Sequence record: PV662128.1 | Strand: one strand, 5' to 3' | DNA: 64,000 nucleotides | Part shown: positions 9,474 through 18,993 of the stretch, in pieces | How the letters are laid out: every line of letters starts with the position of its first letter | Position numbering within the stretch: position 1 is the first letter of the stretch | Program-made: the position numbers and the translations under genes | The notes under the pieces: model-generated | The model's input: only the letters and a program-made list of their open reading frames with translations | The model's database searches: none | Told to the model about the DNA's origin: nothing

Positions 9474-9872
9474 ATGAAAAAGATTATGATCTACACAGTC
9501 CCAAGGTCAAGCTTCTTAGGGGTTCCTCTAAAAGAAAAACTTTTAAAAGAGTTGGAAGTGACCTACGGTTATCTCTTTGATGTACAGGAAATAACCGAAA
9601 TGGGGATTGAACTAACAGCGCACGAATTCCTCATCTCTGATGAAGGATTCAATATTCTCGCTAAGGAGTGGGAGGGTCAATTTGAGGATCCGGAGATTCA
9701 CAAGATGGAGGACGTTTATATGTTCCCGTCCGATCTACTTAAAGGTGCTTTAAATAAACTAAAAGAAGTCAAGGAGCTCTTTACTATCAGAGTCGTGACT
9801 TTCCTTTTATGTTTGCCGGAAGAAACAGCAGTTTTAATCGAAGCTCAACCCGTCGAAGAAGAAGACGAATAA
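9474..9872 (+). CDS. acidic hypothetical protein, paralog of 10311..10688
   Basis: GAGG RBS; EF..IL..WE..F..YxF..LP..VLIE pattern shared. Confidence 0.75.
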   Translation: MKKIMIYTVPRSSFLGVPLKEKLLKELEVTYGYLFDVQEITEMGIELTAHEFLISDEGFNILAKEWEGQFEDPEIHKMEDVYMFPSDLLKGALNKLKEVKELFTIRVVTFLLCLPEETAVLIEAQPVEEEDE

Positions 9873-9887
9873 CTTTAGGAGATAATC

Positions 9888-10298
9888 ATGGGAACAAGAT
9901 TGTCTTTCAACAAAATTAAAAGGGTTCCTGAAGCGGATAAGGTGTATCCCTTTCCCGACAATAAGTTCGATGACATCCTTGACGAACTTATTTGGTTACG
10001 GGTGTTTTCTCACGACAAGGAAGTTAGACCGGAGATCTTTCAATTCTCAGGAACGCCCAATATCGTTTATTGCCTTTTGGACTGGATCGTCGATAAAAAA
10101 CTTTGTTCTTCTATAAAGGATGTGGAAATCCCATTCTCCATGTGGTTTAGTGAAAATGATTTAATTGAATTCACCGATTTTTCTCGTACTTGGTCCGGAT
10201 GGGGAAGGGATGAAAAACAATTCGTTTTGAACACGTTATTTTCTGTAAGGGCTAAAATCAATTACTCCACCCACCATCTTGTCGTTCAATATGCTTAA
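9888..10298 (+). CDS. hypothetical protein
   Basis: 136-aa ORF with AGGAG RBS. Confidence 0.75.
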   Translation: MGTRLSFNKIKRVPEADKVYPFPDNKFDDILDELIWLRVFSHDKEVRPEIFQFSGTPNIVYCLLDWIVDKKLCSSIKDVEIPFSMWFSENDLIEFTDFSRTWSGWGRDEKQFVLNTLFSVRAKINYSTHHLVVQYA

Positions 10299-10310
10299 AG
10301 GAAGTCTATC

Positions 10311-10688
10311 ATGTACGATGTTACCGTTTATCATTGTTCCAGACAAGAACTGGAAGAGAAAGATCAGGATTTCTTCGAGGACCTGACCAAGAATGAAGGT
10401 TGGGTTGCCGACATCGAAGACATTGAAATGGCGCTAGGTTCCAGGGATGGTTGCATTGAAGGTCAAGAATTCAGATTACCCGTCTCTGCTTTGGATATCC
10501 TGGAAATGAAATGGGAAGAGCGTTTTGACAAAGGCATTTGTCTGGCGCCGGCTATTTACTATTTCTCGCCCGAATGCATTGAATCTGTATGTCGTGATCT
10601 TTCCGATCATGGTACTCGGCAGGCCGCTCTCTTAGCGGAGTACCTGCGGGACATCCCCGATACCGAAATTGTCGTTATCGAAATCTAA
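10311..10688 (+). CDS. acidic hypothetical protein, paralog of 9474..9872
   Basis: AGGA RBS; shared pattern. Confidence 0.75.
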   Translation: MYDVTVYHCSRQELEEKDQDFFEDLTKNEGWVADIEDIEMALGSRDGCIEGQEFRLPVSALDILEMKWEERFDKGICLAPAIYYFSPECIESVCRDLSDHGTRQAALLAEYLRDIPDTEIVVIEI

Positions 10689-10715
10689 TTGCTGTGTAGT
10701 TGTGGTAGTTCTTTT

Positions 10716-10739
10716 GGGGGCCTTCGGGCCCTCCTTTTT
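10716..10739 (+). terminator. rho-independent terminator
   Basis: GGGGGCC-TTCG-GGCCCTCC followed by T run. Confidence 0.8.
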
Positions 10740-10750
10740 AAGGGGTTAAA

Positions 10751-11191
10751 ATGCACGACGACAAAAATATCTATAACCACACTGCATACATCAACGATAA
10801 CTACGTTGAGAAAAATGGGTGTGTGGAGGTTACATTATTTTCTTACGAAACTTTCGAAATCTATCAGCAGGTTGTTTTCGATTGGGTTAAGAAAAACCAT
10901 ACAGTAAAGCTGGAACTTTATCGTGGGTTATCTGACCCAGAAACTCCGGTCAACGTTTGTGGGATCGTTTCTAACATTCGTATCAATCCTCTCGACTTCA
11001 CAGTAACGGGTACCATTAAACCAAGCGGAAGAATGCAGAGTACGCTGATCGACACCATTAAGCGTAAACATCCCATCACCACCAGAATGCGTGGGATATT
11101 CACCGATGGACGCTCAGGCTATCGCTGTATAGAAATCAAAGGTCTCATCTTAATGGCCGGATTCAGTGCTTTCCGTAAGCGTATTTTTTAA
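10751..11191 (+). CDS. hypothetical protein, possible degenerate prohead-protease-like fold
   Basis: NVCGIVSNIRI..VTGTIKPSG..TRMRG resembles the T4 gp21/phiKZ gp175 scaffold. Confidence 0.55.
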   Translation: MHDDKNIYNHTAYINDNYVEKNGCVEVTLFSYETFEIYQQVVFDWVKKNHTVKLELYRGLSDPETPVNVCGIVSNIRINPLDFTVTGTIKPSGRMQSTLIDTIKRKHPITTRMRGIFTDGRSGYRCIEIKGLILMAGFSAFRKRIF

Positions 11192-11278
11192 CATGTAAAA
11201 TATTTCAAATCGATATTACTACAGTGTCTCAAACAAATTATTTTAGGTTGTTTTAACATCACTTAGGAGTACGCCCGT

Positions 11279-11653
11279 ATGCGTTATCAACATTTCTCTA
11301 TCGTCTCTTCCAAAGAAGCATTTTCTATTCGCCTTTCTTACATCCTGCAACATCTGAACAAAACAGAAACTCAGCGCTCTATCGCGGAGTATTGCGGGGT
11401 GAGTACGAGTACCATCTCCGCCATCTGCAACGAGCACGTCCAGTACGTATCCCTCAATACGCTGATGAAAATCGCGGATAAACTGAAACTTAACTACGAG
11501 GTTGTCTTTAAAGGCAATCGCGGTAAAGTCAGTAACTTTGTTACTGTTGAATCCGCCGTGGATTACATGAAGCTCGGGAAGTTGAACCCCGTTCGTAAAA
11601 ATGTGATGAAGGGTAGCTCTCCTGCATTTAAAGGCCGGGTGGCGACGCATTAA
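11279..11653 (+). CDS. XRE-family helix-turn-helix protein
   Basis: TQRSIAEYCGVSTSTISAI..SLNTLMKIADKL. Confidence 0.85.
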   Translation: MRYQHFSIVSSKEAFSIRLSYILQHLNKTETQRSIAEYCGVSTSTISAICNEHVQYVSLNTLMKIADKLKLNYEVVFKGNRGKVSNFVTVESAVDYMKLGKLNPVRKNVMKGSSPAFKGRVATH

Positions 11654-11658
11654 TCATG

Positions 11659-11682
11659 GTGGGAGTCCGCAAGGGCTCCCAC
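11659..11682 (+). terminator. stem-loop terminator
   Basis: GTGGGAGTCC-GCAA-GGGCTCCCAC followed by T-rich tract. Confidence 0.75.
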
Positions 11683-11714
11683 GCTATTTATTGATTTATT
11701 TTTTAGGATAAAAT

Positions 11715-12272
11715 ATGACTATCATCGTAGGTGTTGTAAAAGAGAAGTCGTTAAGTGCGGACCGTTATATACTGGATTACAAGCAGATCAACAAAACAGT
11801 ATCTTCGGTTTCACGTTACACCGAGAGTAAACTAAAAATATCTCCGGACAATCATTTCTGTTATGTCTTCTGTGGCGAACAAAAAGAAGAGATCGTTCCA
11901 TTGGTTCTTAACTATTTACTCAGATTCGAAAAAGGTCTAGTAAAGGAAGACGAGTTTATTCATTGTCCGCTCAAATCCTGTGACGCCCTCATTGTCATGT
12001 CCGCGAGACATTTTTATTCAATTCAGTTAAATGAAAAACAGGGTGTTTTAGAAGTTCAAATTCGTTTGGATGGTGCGGTCACCTATCCCTTTTTAAACAA
12101 CCATATGGTCGCCGGTCTCGATCTCCCAGGGGAAGTAATTCTCCAAGCACTGATGGAAGCCAATCTCATTCTCCACACCGATGAAAATGAAGTTGACGTG
12201 GTCCATCAAAAAGACCTCACTCTTATTAAGAAAGCCACCAAAAAGGAAATTAAAAATGCTCTTTTATCTTAA
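11715..12272 (+). CDS. putative Ntn-hydrolase (HslV/proteasome-beta-like) protein
   Basis: Starts M-T-IIVGVV..SADR, later K..DNHFCYVFCG, paralleling TTIV..AGD..K..GFAG of HslV. Confidence 0.5.
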   Translation: MTIIVGVVKEKSLSADRYILDYKQINKTVSSVSRYTESKLKISPDNHFCYVFCGEQKEEIVPLVLNYLLRFEKGLVKEDEFIHCPLKSCDALIVMSARHFYSIQLNEKQGVLEVQIRLDGAVTYPFLNNHMVAGLDLPGEVILQALMEANLILHTDENEVDVVHQKDLTLIKKATKKEIKNALLS

Positions 12273-12714
12273 CAAGCGGGTTATCGTCGACAGCGTAGCA
12301 AACATCTTTATGTTAGCGGACGATACCCCTCACGTCGAGTTCTTATTGGATGGTGACAAACGATGGGCCTTCATCCCCTATCATGAAAATAACGCCAGTT
12401 CGTTATCTGCGGTCATCTCAGTGAATGAACACGGTGTTTGTTATAACGCACATTTCAACTATAAAACGTTAAGTCTCGATCGTCGAATCCCCCTGCCTTC
12501 TAATTTGTTAAAAGCCTTTCAAACGGGGGGAGACTCCGACTACTGTAACAACATGCACGTAGCTAAGGCCGCTTTCTATCACTATAACTGCACCTTTGAC
12601 GAATTCCAAGCATTGCTAAATAAATCAGGCAGACAGTACAAAATGTTTGATTTATTAACGGTCTCTAAAAGACTTAAGACGATGCAACCGGAACAATTTA
12701 ACTGGGTTATTTAA
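12256..12714 (+). CDS. hypothetical protein, possibly degenerate Ntn-like paralog
   Basis: Start refined to ATG 12256 (AAGGA RBS); LFYLNKRVIVDS and TGGDSDY..AKAA weakly recall Ntn strand 1-2 and the GSG loop. Confidence 0.6.
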   Translation: MLFYLNKRVIVDSVANIFMLADDTPHVEFLLDGDKRWAFIPYHENNASSLSAVISVNEHGVCYNAHFNYKTLSLDRRIPLPSNLLKAFQTGGDSDYCNNMHVAKAAFYHYNCTFDEFQALLNKSGRQYKMFDLLTVSKRLKTMQPEQFNWVI

Positions 12715-12805
12715 AACCAAGATTCCTATTATACGTTAAAGAATTTTGGATCTATATCACCTTCTTGATGCACTAACCATAATCTTTTTTAGGAGTATTA
12801 ACATC

Positions 12806-14383
12806 GTGAACGTTCGTGGCGTGAAAGTAAAAGCAGAAACCCGTCAAATTATTGATAACACCGTAGAGCTCGTTGCAACCGCGGTAACCTCGACCATGGG
12901 CCCTAACGGCAAACTGGTTGTTATTGACGAAACGGGCAATCCTAAAATGACAAAGGATGGAGTGACAGTCGCCCGGTCCATTCGTTTGGATGATCGGGCA
13001 ATGGACATCATCGCCAAGATGATCACCGAAGCCTCAATCAAAACGGATGCCGAATGTGGCGATGGGACAACAACGACGGTATTCTTAACAAGGGCGTTTT
13101 ATAATGCCTTTAAGGATAAACTGGATTTCATGACCAAACGCCGGGTGGAAGAGTTAACCAAAGAAACGATCGAAATGCTCAAAGTAATGACGAAGGTTAT
13201 TTCTCTTGACAGCCCAGTGCTTCACAATCTGGCGTTAACAACCAGTAATAACGATCTGGATATCGTGGATAAACTCTACGGCATCTTTAAGACCATACCT
13301 GATCCCATGATTGATTATCGTCGGGGTGTAACAGGGATTGACGAGATCGAATACAGTAAGGGTAAGGAATTCACAGGCGGGTACGCGCACCCCACTTTCA
13401 CTAAAGATGGAAGTGGAAGCCCGATTACGATCGAATCGGGTTATGCATGCATCTTTGAAGGGAAGTTCAGTATTCTGGATGACGAGTCGGAGTTCCTGAA
13501 ACTCTTCGATGAAATCGCTGGAAGAGGGTATCGTCAGACTATCGTGATCGCGCGTGAATTCGACGAGCACACCCTGATGGTGATGAACAAAATGAATCAC
13601 GTTATGCTGACGCAGAAACTAGTGGAGGAACCGGTTTTCATTCCTGTGAGGGTTCAGGCTATCGGAACAGCGGGCGTGGGGATTATTGGTGATATCGCAA
13701 CCGTACTGGGGTTAAGTCCTGATGTGGACTATTTAGGTTGGAAGTCTCGTGACTATGAGGTGCGCTATATTGAAAACATTACGGTAAAGGGCGCTGTATT
13801 CTTTGTGGGTAGTGTATCCGATGAAGTCTCGGAACGCACCGCAAAACGTATTGGACAGATTAAAGATCAAATCGAGAATCTGCCAGCTGCTCAGAAGCAC
13901 ACCCCTTTGGCTAAGATCCTAAGGCACCGTATCTCTACGTTGATGGGTAACCGAGTGACGGTAACTGTTGGAGGAGAAACCGCTTCCGATATCAAAGAGC
14001 GTCTGGATCGCTTTGAAGACGTTGGGCGTGCAATCGCTTCGGCTTTGACTAACGGCGTGCTTCCTGGGATCGGGTATTCCCTGGCTTACGTTGGTAATGA
14101 GTTGGTGAAGAAATATCCTGGTGATTCTATAGTGAAACTGTACGCCGATGTATTGGGCGAACAGCTTCACATGCTGATGGGTCGGGAATTTAATGATCCT
14201 GAATTAGTCTATGTTAATCTGGCTACTGGGGAAACCGGTAAGCACCCTCAGGACATCAATGTCTGGGATGCGCAGTTAGCCACAGTCACCGCATTAAGGG
14301 CCGGTGTCAGCACCGCCATCTCTTTGGCAACTACTGATACGTTAATTATCGGTAGTCGTGCGGGTGGTGCGGATATTCCCTGA
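12806..14383 (+). CDS. groEL: GroEL-like phage chaperonin
   Basis: TMGPNG, TKDGVTV, GDGTTTT, GVLPG motifs; start refined to GTG 12806 after AGGAG. Confidence 0.93.
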   Translation: MNVRGVKVKAETRQIIDNTVELVATAVTSTMGPNGKLVVIDETGNPKMTKDGVTVARSIRLDDRAMDIIAKMITEASIKTDAECGDGTTTTVFLTRAFYNAFKDKLDFMTKRRVEELTKETIEMLKVMTKVISLDSPVLHNLALTTSNNDLDIVDKLYGIFKTIPDPMIDYRRGVTGIDEIEYSKGKEFTGGYAHPTFTKDGSGSPITIESGYACIFEGKFSILDDESEFLKLFDEIAGRGYRQTIVIAREFDEHTLMVMNKMNHVMLTQKLVEEPVFIPVRVQAIGTAGVGIIGDIATVLGLSPDVDYLGWKSRDYEVRYIENITVKGAVFFVGSVSDEVSERTAKRIGQIKDQIENLPAAQKHTPLAKILRHRISTLMGNRVTVTVGGETASDIKERLDRFEDVGRAIASALTNGVLPGIGYSLAYVGNELVKKYPGDSIVKLYADVLGEQLHMLMGREFNDPELVYVNLATGETGKHPQDINVWDAQLATVTALRAGVSTAISLATTDTLIIGSRAGGADIP

Positions 14384-14425
14384 TGCATTTTAGGGGAAGG
14401 AAACTTCCCCATTGGGAGAATTTTT

Positions 14426-14683
14426 ATGGGCGTTAGCACTTCGTCAATTAAAAATTCTAATAATAGACAACATAATAATTACAGCGATTCATCCTCCGCT
14501 CCGATTCAATTGGATCGTTCGGGGGAAATTATCGACACCAGAACTAAACTAACGGTCACTGGTGAAATTCCTCTTCGAAAGTTACCCACTTTCTCAAACC
14601 CACCGCAAAGAACAATAAGAGACGATAAAAAACCTTCATCACTCTGGGGGATGGTTAGAGCTCTGTTCTTTGTATTCATGTGA
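14426..14683 (+). CDS. hypothetical protein
   Basis: 85 aa, GGAG RBS, S/N-rich N-terminus, hydrophobic C-terminal end. Confidence 0.55.
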   Translation: MGVSTSSIKNSNNRQHNNYSDSSSAPIQLDRSGEIIDTRTKLTVTGEIPLRKLPTFSNPPQRTIRDDKKPSSLWGMVRALFFVFM

Positions 14684-14686
14684 TAC

Positions 14687-14716
14687 TATTCCTCTACCCA
14701 CGTGGGTAGAGGAATA
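14687..14716. terminator. intergenic stem-loop
   Basis: TATTCCTCTACCCA-CG-TGGGTAGAGGAATA followed by T run. Confidence 0.75.
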
Positions 14717-14815
14717 ATAACGCTTTTTTATTTTTTAAGGTTATCTCACTCATGGCTAAAATTTATTTCACTTACTCTTCTATTGTATAGTAGAAACGCT
14801 TATGGGGAAATAGAA

Positions 14816-15784
14816 ATGCCGAAAATTAGTGGCTACAAAGAACATCCGGTAATAAAAAACCTTTTCATCCATCCTACGGAAGATAATCACGTCCTGTATG
14901 TTAGGAAGAAAAAAGTATCTCGGATAAAGACCCATGTCGGTAAACGCGGATATGTGATTTTTACTATGTGGTTAAATGGGAAATCCAAGGGTTTTCGCTT
15001 CCACAAATTGAAAGCTGAAACGTATCTCAAGAAACCCAGTTCAGACCACACCCTAGTTGTCAATCATAAGGACCATGTTAAGATCAATAACGATCTCGAT
15101 AACCTAGAATGGGGGACTCAGAAAGAGAATGTCGATCATTCATTAAATATCCGTCAAAAACTTTTTCCCCTCTATCGGATAATGGATTTGACTACGGGGA
15201 GATGGTGTACGGCCGGCAGTCGTAAAGGGGTGATAGAAATGCTAGCTTGCACCCACCGACAACTCTCTAACCATATTAAAGACCCTCGCTATCCATTGCT
15301 CTTCAAGTGGGAGGTAACAAGGAGTTCCACTTGGAATCTTTCAAAAGAGGATGTCGGTAGGTGTAATCCACGAGAGCTTCTTCCTTACGTGGTAGAAAAG
15401 AATGGCGTCGTTTTTTACCTGGCTACATTAGTTGAAGTTGGTGAATTGACAAAGATTACTAAATACACGATTACAGTTGGTTTAAAAAATCAGCCGGTTC
15501 TGCATGCCAAGGGATTCAGTGTTCGGTTCATTAATTCCTATGAAGAATGGATGAAAACTGTTATTGAGAAATCTTATATTGATACCATGTTGAATAGAAG
15601 TAAAGGAAATAAAAAACAGATTGAGGTAATAAACGCTCTTACGAAGGAAAAAACCACGCTGAACGGAATTATAGAGTTAATGGAGTTGACTAATTATTCA
15701 CGATCTACCATCGACCGGGCAATGAAAAGTATGCGTGAAGACGGATGGGTGACTTTCAAAAATCTAAAGATAAGGTTTATATAA
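14816..15784 (+). CDS. free-standing HNH homing endonuclease
   Basis: FHKLKAETYL..VVNHKDHVKINNDLDNLEWGTQKENVDH; C-terminal NUMOD/IENR1-like repeats; start refined to ATG 14816. Confidence 0.88.
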   Translation: MPKISGYKEHPVIKNLFIHPTEDNHVLYVRKKKVSRIKTHVGKRGYVIFTMWLNGKSKGFRFHKLKAETYLKKPSSDHTLVVNHKDHVKINNDLDNLEWGTQKENVDHSLNIRQKLFPLYRIMDLTTGRWCTAGSRKGVIEMLACTHRQLSNHIKDPRYPLLFKWEVTRSSTWNLSKEDVGRCNPRELLPYVVEKNGVVFYLATLVEVGELTKITKYTITVGLKNQPVLHAKGFSVRFINSYEEWMKTVIEKSYIDTMLNRSKGNKKQIEVINALTKEKTTLNGIIELMELTNYSRSTIDRAMKSMREDGWVTFKNLKIRFI

Positions 15785-16371
15785 TGGCTAAGGTATTTTT
15801 CACTTTCTCTTCGATGAATTCTGGGAAGACCACTGGATTACTGCAATCGGCCTATAATTACGTTGAAAGAGGAATGTCGGTCTTACTTCTTAAACCTAAA
15901 CTCGATAATAGAGAAGGAACCGATCCACTAATTAAATCAAGAATAGGATTAGAAAGCAAGTGTGTTTTTATTCCTGATGATGGGGATGAATTGGCCGATC
16001 TTATTTATAACAACAAAGGTGTTTCGGCAATATTCATCGACGAGGTTCAGTTTGTTTCAGTACAGGCGCTCACCGCCATTATGGTAATATGCGACGCTAT
16101 GGATATTCCTCTTCTCTGCTACGGTCTCCGTAACGCTTATGACGGTAAAGGATTCCCGGGATCTGATTTCTTATTACGTCACGCTGATAAACTGGTCGAA
16201 TGCAAATCCATTTGTTGGTGCGGTAAAAAGGCAACCCACAACATGATGGTCGTGGATGGACAAGTGGTAAGGGAAACCACGTCAGGGGGAAATATGGTAG
16301 TGGGCGGTAATGAACTTTATCACGCCGTATGTCGACAGCATTTCTTCGAGGGTAAATACAAAAACGATTAA
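15784..16371 (+). CDS. tdk: thymidine kinase
   Basis: SSMNSGKTT P-loop, IFIDEVQF, YGLR, C-x-C Zn site, YHAVCRQHF; TAATG overlap with the HNH stop. Confidence 0.95.
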   Translation: MAKVFFTFSSMNSGKTTGLLQSAYNYVERGMSVLLLKPKLDNREGTDPLIKSRIGLESKCVFIPDDGDELADLIYNNKGVSAIFIDEVQFVSVQALTAIMVICDAMDIPLLCYGLRNAYDGKGFPGSDFLLRHADKLVECKSICWCGKKATHNMMVVDGQVVRETTSGGNMVVGGNELYHAVCRQHFFEGKYKND

Positions 16372-16449
16372 CTTATATTTATTTTGAGGTCTACATTATC
16401 ATGGTGTAAGCATAGTACGTTTTTATTTTCCTTTTTAGGAGTTAACATC

Positions 16450-16944
16450 ATGATGAGTCAACTTGTAAATATTCTGAGTGAACACAGATCGGCGTTTATT
16501 TGGCCCACCAACATCCTTCAGTTAGAAGACGATTACTTTTATCTCTCGGTCAAAATTACGGAGAGTGGCGTGGTCAAATGTGTCTTCCGGAACAAGCTTA
16601 CCAAAGACGTCCGTAAGTTAGACTTCTCTGATAGCATTTTTGATAAAGAGGGGCTATGGGATTATTTCAATGCGATCGGCAAAGAAGTCTACGCCATTGG
16701 GATTGACTACGGTAAAGGGTTCCAACTGAAAATGTTGTTTGAGCCGATTAAGGCGATGGCTACCGATCAGGCGCATAAGCCTTACAACGGCCATCTTCCA
16801 AGGGACATAAGAACTCCGTTATTCTCTCCGGTCAATGCTCACAGCATTTATCTCGATGAAAACGGCGAGGTTACTCTAGATGGTTTCGAATGGGCGTCTC
16901 GTGGATTGCAATTAAAAATCATTGAAGAGCTCTTAATTAACTAA
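16450..16944 (+). CDS. hypothetical protein
   Basis: Start refined to ATG 16450 after AGGAG. Confidence 0.7.
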   Translation: MMSQLVNILSEHRSAFIWPTNILQLEDDYFYLSVKITESGVVKCVFRNKLTKDVRKLDFSDSIFDKEGLWDYFNAIGKEVYAIGIDYGKGFQLKMLFEPIKAMATDQAHKPYNGHLPRDIRTPLFSPVNAHSIYLDENGEVTLDGFEWASRGLQLKIIEELLIN

Positions 16945-16987
16945 TTAATGTTATGCTAATTAGCTCATCACTGTAAAGAGGATTAAG

Positions 16988-17464
16988 ATGAAAAACCTGC
17001 TCAATTTAGTGCTCAAATTTTTTATTGAGCTTAACCCAGGCCTGGCCGTGCTGATGGAAGGTGGTTCGATCGTCAATGTGGTTGAAAAATCAGACATCGA
17101 TCGTTACGCTGGTGATATCATGCGCCCAGACGGCACAACCAAGGTTCTGTCGGTAACCTGGAAACCGGGTACATTTAAAGGCGTGTTCGGTCTCGATCCA
17201 GCTTTCGCTCCTGTCACGCAGGATGAAGCCGGCACCACCGAAGGTATCTTCCTGAAGACCGACGGCACGCCTTACTTTGCGTTGACAGCTGAAAATGCCA
17301 CCGAAGCCAAAATCGAAGAAATCCTCGGATATGCTTTCGAAGAAGGTACGGTCGCAGTAGACACCGAAACCAAAAAGGTTAGCTTCGCAACGTCTACCAT
17401 CGTTGCTGAAGTCGATCTGGTCGTTATCGAAGCGGCTCCGGTGGCCGACGGCCAACTGCCGTAA
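16988..17464 (+). CDS. acidic hypothetical protein with high-expression codon bias
   Basis: GAGGA RBS, followed by terminator. Confidence 0.8.
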   Translation: MKNLLNLVLKFFIELNPGLAVLMEGGSIVNVVEKSDIDRYAGDIMRPDGTTKVLSVTWKPGTFKGVFGLDPAFAPVTQDEAGTTEGIFLKTDGTPYFALTAENATEAKIEEILGYAFEEGTVAVDTETKKVSFATSTIVAEVDLVVIEAAPVADGQLP

Positions 17465-17472
17465 TAAGTAAC

Positions 17473-17506
17473 CTACTCCTACGTCCTTAACGGGGCGTAG
17501 GAGTAG
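17473..17506. terminator. intergenic stem-loop (CTCCTAC family)
   Basis: CTACTCCTACGTCC-TTAAC-GGGGCGTAGGAGTAG. Confidence 0.75.
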
Positions 17507-17569
17507 TTCGTTAATTATAACTGACTTTTTTAATATATAACCACCAACGTTCATTTAGGACATAACACC

Positions 17570-17776
17570 ATGTTGTATAACGCAATTGAAGTATGTTTTA
17601 TCGTAGCCTCTATTCTTTCCTTTATCTGGGTAATGAAGAAGAAAGGAACTGGGGCGATGTTAATTATTGCGTTTTCTATTGTTGTCGTGGCAGGATGTCG
17701 TTATCAAGATAACGCCGATACCGAACAAACTTTAGAACATCCAAAATATACCAAATCTAACTGCGGCTGCTTATAA
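17570..17776 (+). CDS. small membrane protein, possible lipoprotein
   Basis: Two hydrophobic segments, lipobox-like VAGC. Confidence 0.6.
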   Translation: MLYNAIEVCFIVASILSFIWVMKKKGTGAMLIIAFSIVVVAGCRYQDNADTEQTLEHPKYTKSNCGCL

Positions 17777-17853
17777 GAGGAACTGATTATGTTACCTTTA
17801 GAGTAAATAGAATGAAAAGCTCAAACTAGCCGTTATTCTTATCGGAGTTTAAT

Positions 17854-18993
17854 ATGTTTATTTCTAAGAAAGCTAAACTCCGACTCTATAAAGAAGATGT
17901 GGAGTTAGTTAATAAGACCTTTGGTTGTCGGAGATTTGTGTGGAATCAGTTACTGGGTCTACATAAAGATCGTTATGAAAAATGGAAAGAGGATAGAAGC
18001 TTAGAGAAACCTAAAGTTTCTATTTCTATCTTTAGAGAGCAATTTAAACAGATTAGATTAGAATACCCTTGGTTAAATGAAGTAAGCTCTATTGCTTTAT
18101 ATGAGACTATTACCGATCTTTATAACGCCTTTCAAGGTTTCTTTAAGAACGGCAGGGGATATCCGAAATTTAAATCTAAACGAGGAATACAGTCTTTTAG
18201 AATACCCTCTCGAGTCAACATGCAAATTTCAGATAATCGAGTTAGAATACCTAAGTCGAATTATTATGCGAGGTTCTCTAAAAATACGGTTTTAAATGAT
18301 CCTTCTTCCTATACGGTCACTCGGGATAACGTAGGGGATTATTTCATTTCTTTCGTAGACCAGATCGAAGAGATCGAACCCGAACCTGAAAGTAAAGGTA
18401 AGTTCGTAGGCATTGATTTAGGGATTAAATCCTTAGCGGTGATTAAACCGAATAAAGCGGAGCCCTGGGAGTTACAGAATCCCAAAACGTATACCAAATA
18501 TCAAAAAAGGAGAACGGCCCTACAACGTCGTTTAATGAAAAAGAAGGAAGGGAGTCAAAACAGAAATAAAGCCAGAATTAAATTAGCGAAGTTAGAACGT
18601 AAAGTTGCTAATATTCGTAAAGATCTTTTACACAAATTTACGACTACACTGATTAAAGAAAACCAAATGATCAGTATCGAAGATTTAAATGTAAAAGGGA
18701 TGGTTAAAAATCATAGCTTAGCTAAACATATTCAAGATTGTTCTTTTGGTACGATTAGAACAATGCTGGAATATAAGGCTAAGCGTTATACTCGAAATAA
18801 AACCATCACTATCGTTAATCGATTCTTTGCAAGCACCCAGCTCTGTTCTCAGTGCGGTGTTCTCCCTAAAGAACGTATCGGACTTAAAATCAGGAATTGG
18901 GTATGCTGGAACTGTGGGACTCATCACGATAGAGATATCAATGCAGCTACGAATATCCTTAACGAAGGAATTCGCTTAACTCAACCTTCCTAG
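17854..18993 (+). CDS. tnpB: TnpB RNA-guided endonuclease (IS200/IS605-IS607 OrfB type), no tnpA nearby
   Basis: N-terminal KTFGCRRFVWN HTH, RuvC D (GIDLG), E (SIEDL), D (DRDINAA), Zn finger CSQCG..CWNCG. Confidence 0.95.
   Translation: MFISKKAKLRLYKEDVELVNKTFGCRRFVWNQLLGLHKDRYEKWKEDRSLEKPKVSISIFREQFKQIRLEYPWLNEVSSIALYETITDLYNAFQGFFKNGRGYPKFKSKRGIQSFRIPSRVNMQISDNRVRIPKSNYYARFSKNTVLNDPSSYTVTRDNVGDYFISFVDQIEEIEPEPESKGKFVGIDLGIKSLAVIKPNKAEPWELQNPKTYTKYQKRRTALQRRLMKKKEGSQNRNKARIKLAKLERKVANIRKDLLHKFTTTLIKENQMISIEDLNVKGMVKNHSLAKHIQDCSFGTIRTMLEYKAKRYTRNKTITIVNRFFASTQLCSQCGVLPKERIGLKIRNWVCWNCGTHHDRDINAATNILNEGIRLTQPS

Noticed and set aside
14426-14683. ORF after groEL as GroES
   Set aside because: S/N-rich low-complexity sequence with no GroES motifs (PLxDRV, mobile loop)
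14702-14815. Long N-terminal extensions in the ORF track (also 12181, 12746, 16384, 54599, 59612, 60503)
   Set aside because: They run through terminators, promoters or upstream genes; better RBS-linked starts lie downstream
17854-18993. TnpB as a nuclease-dead TldR-type repressor
   Set aside because: All three RuvC acidic residues are present
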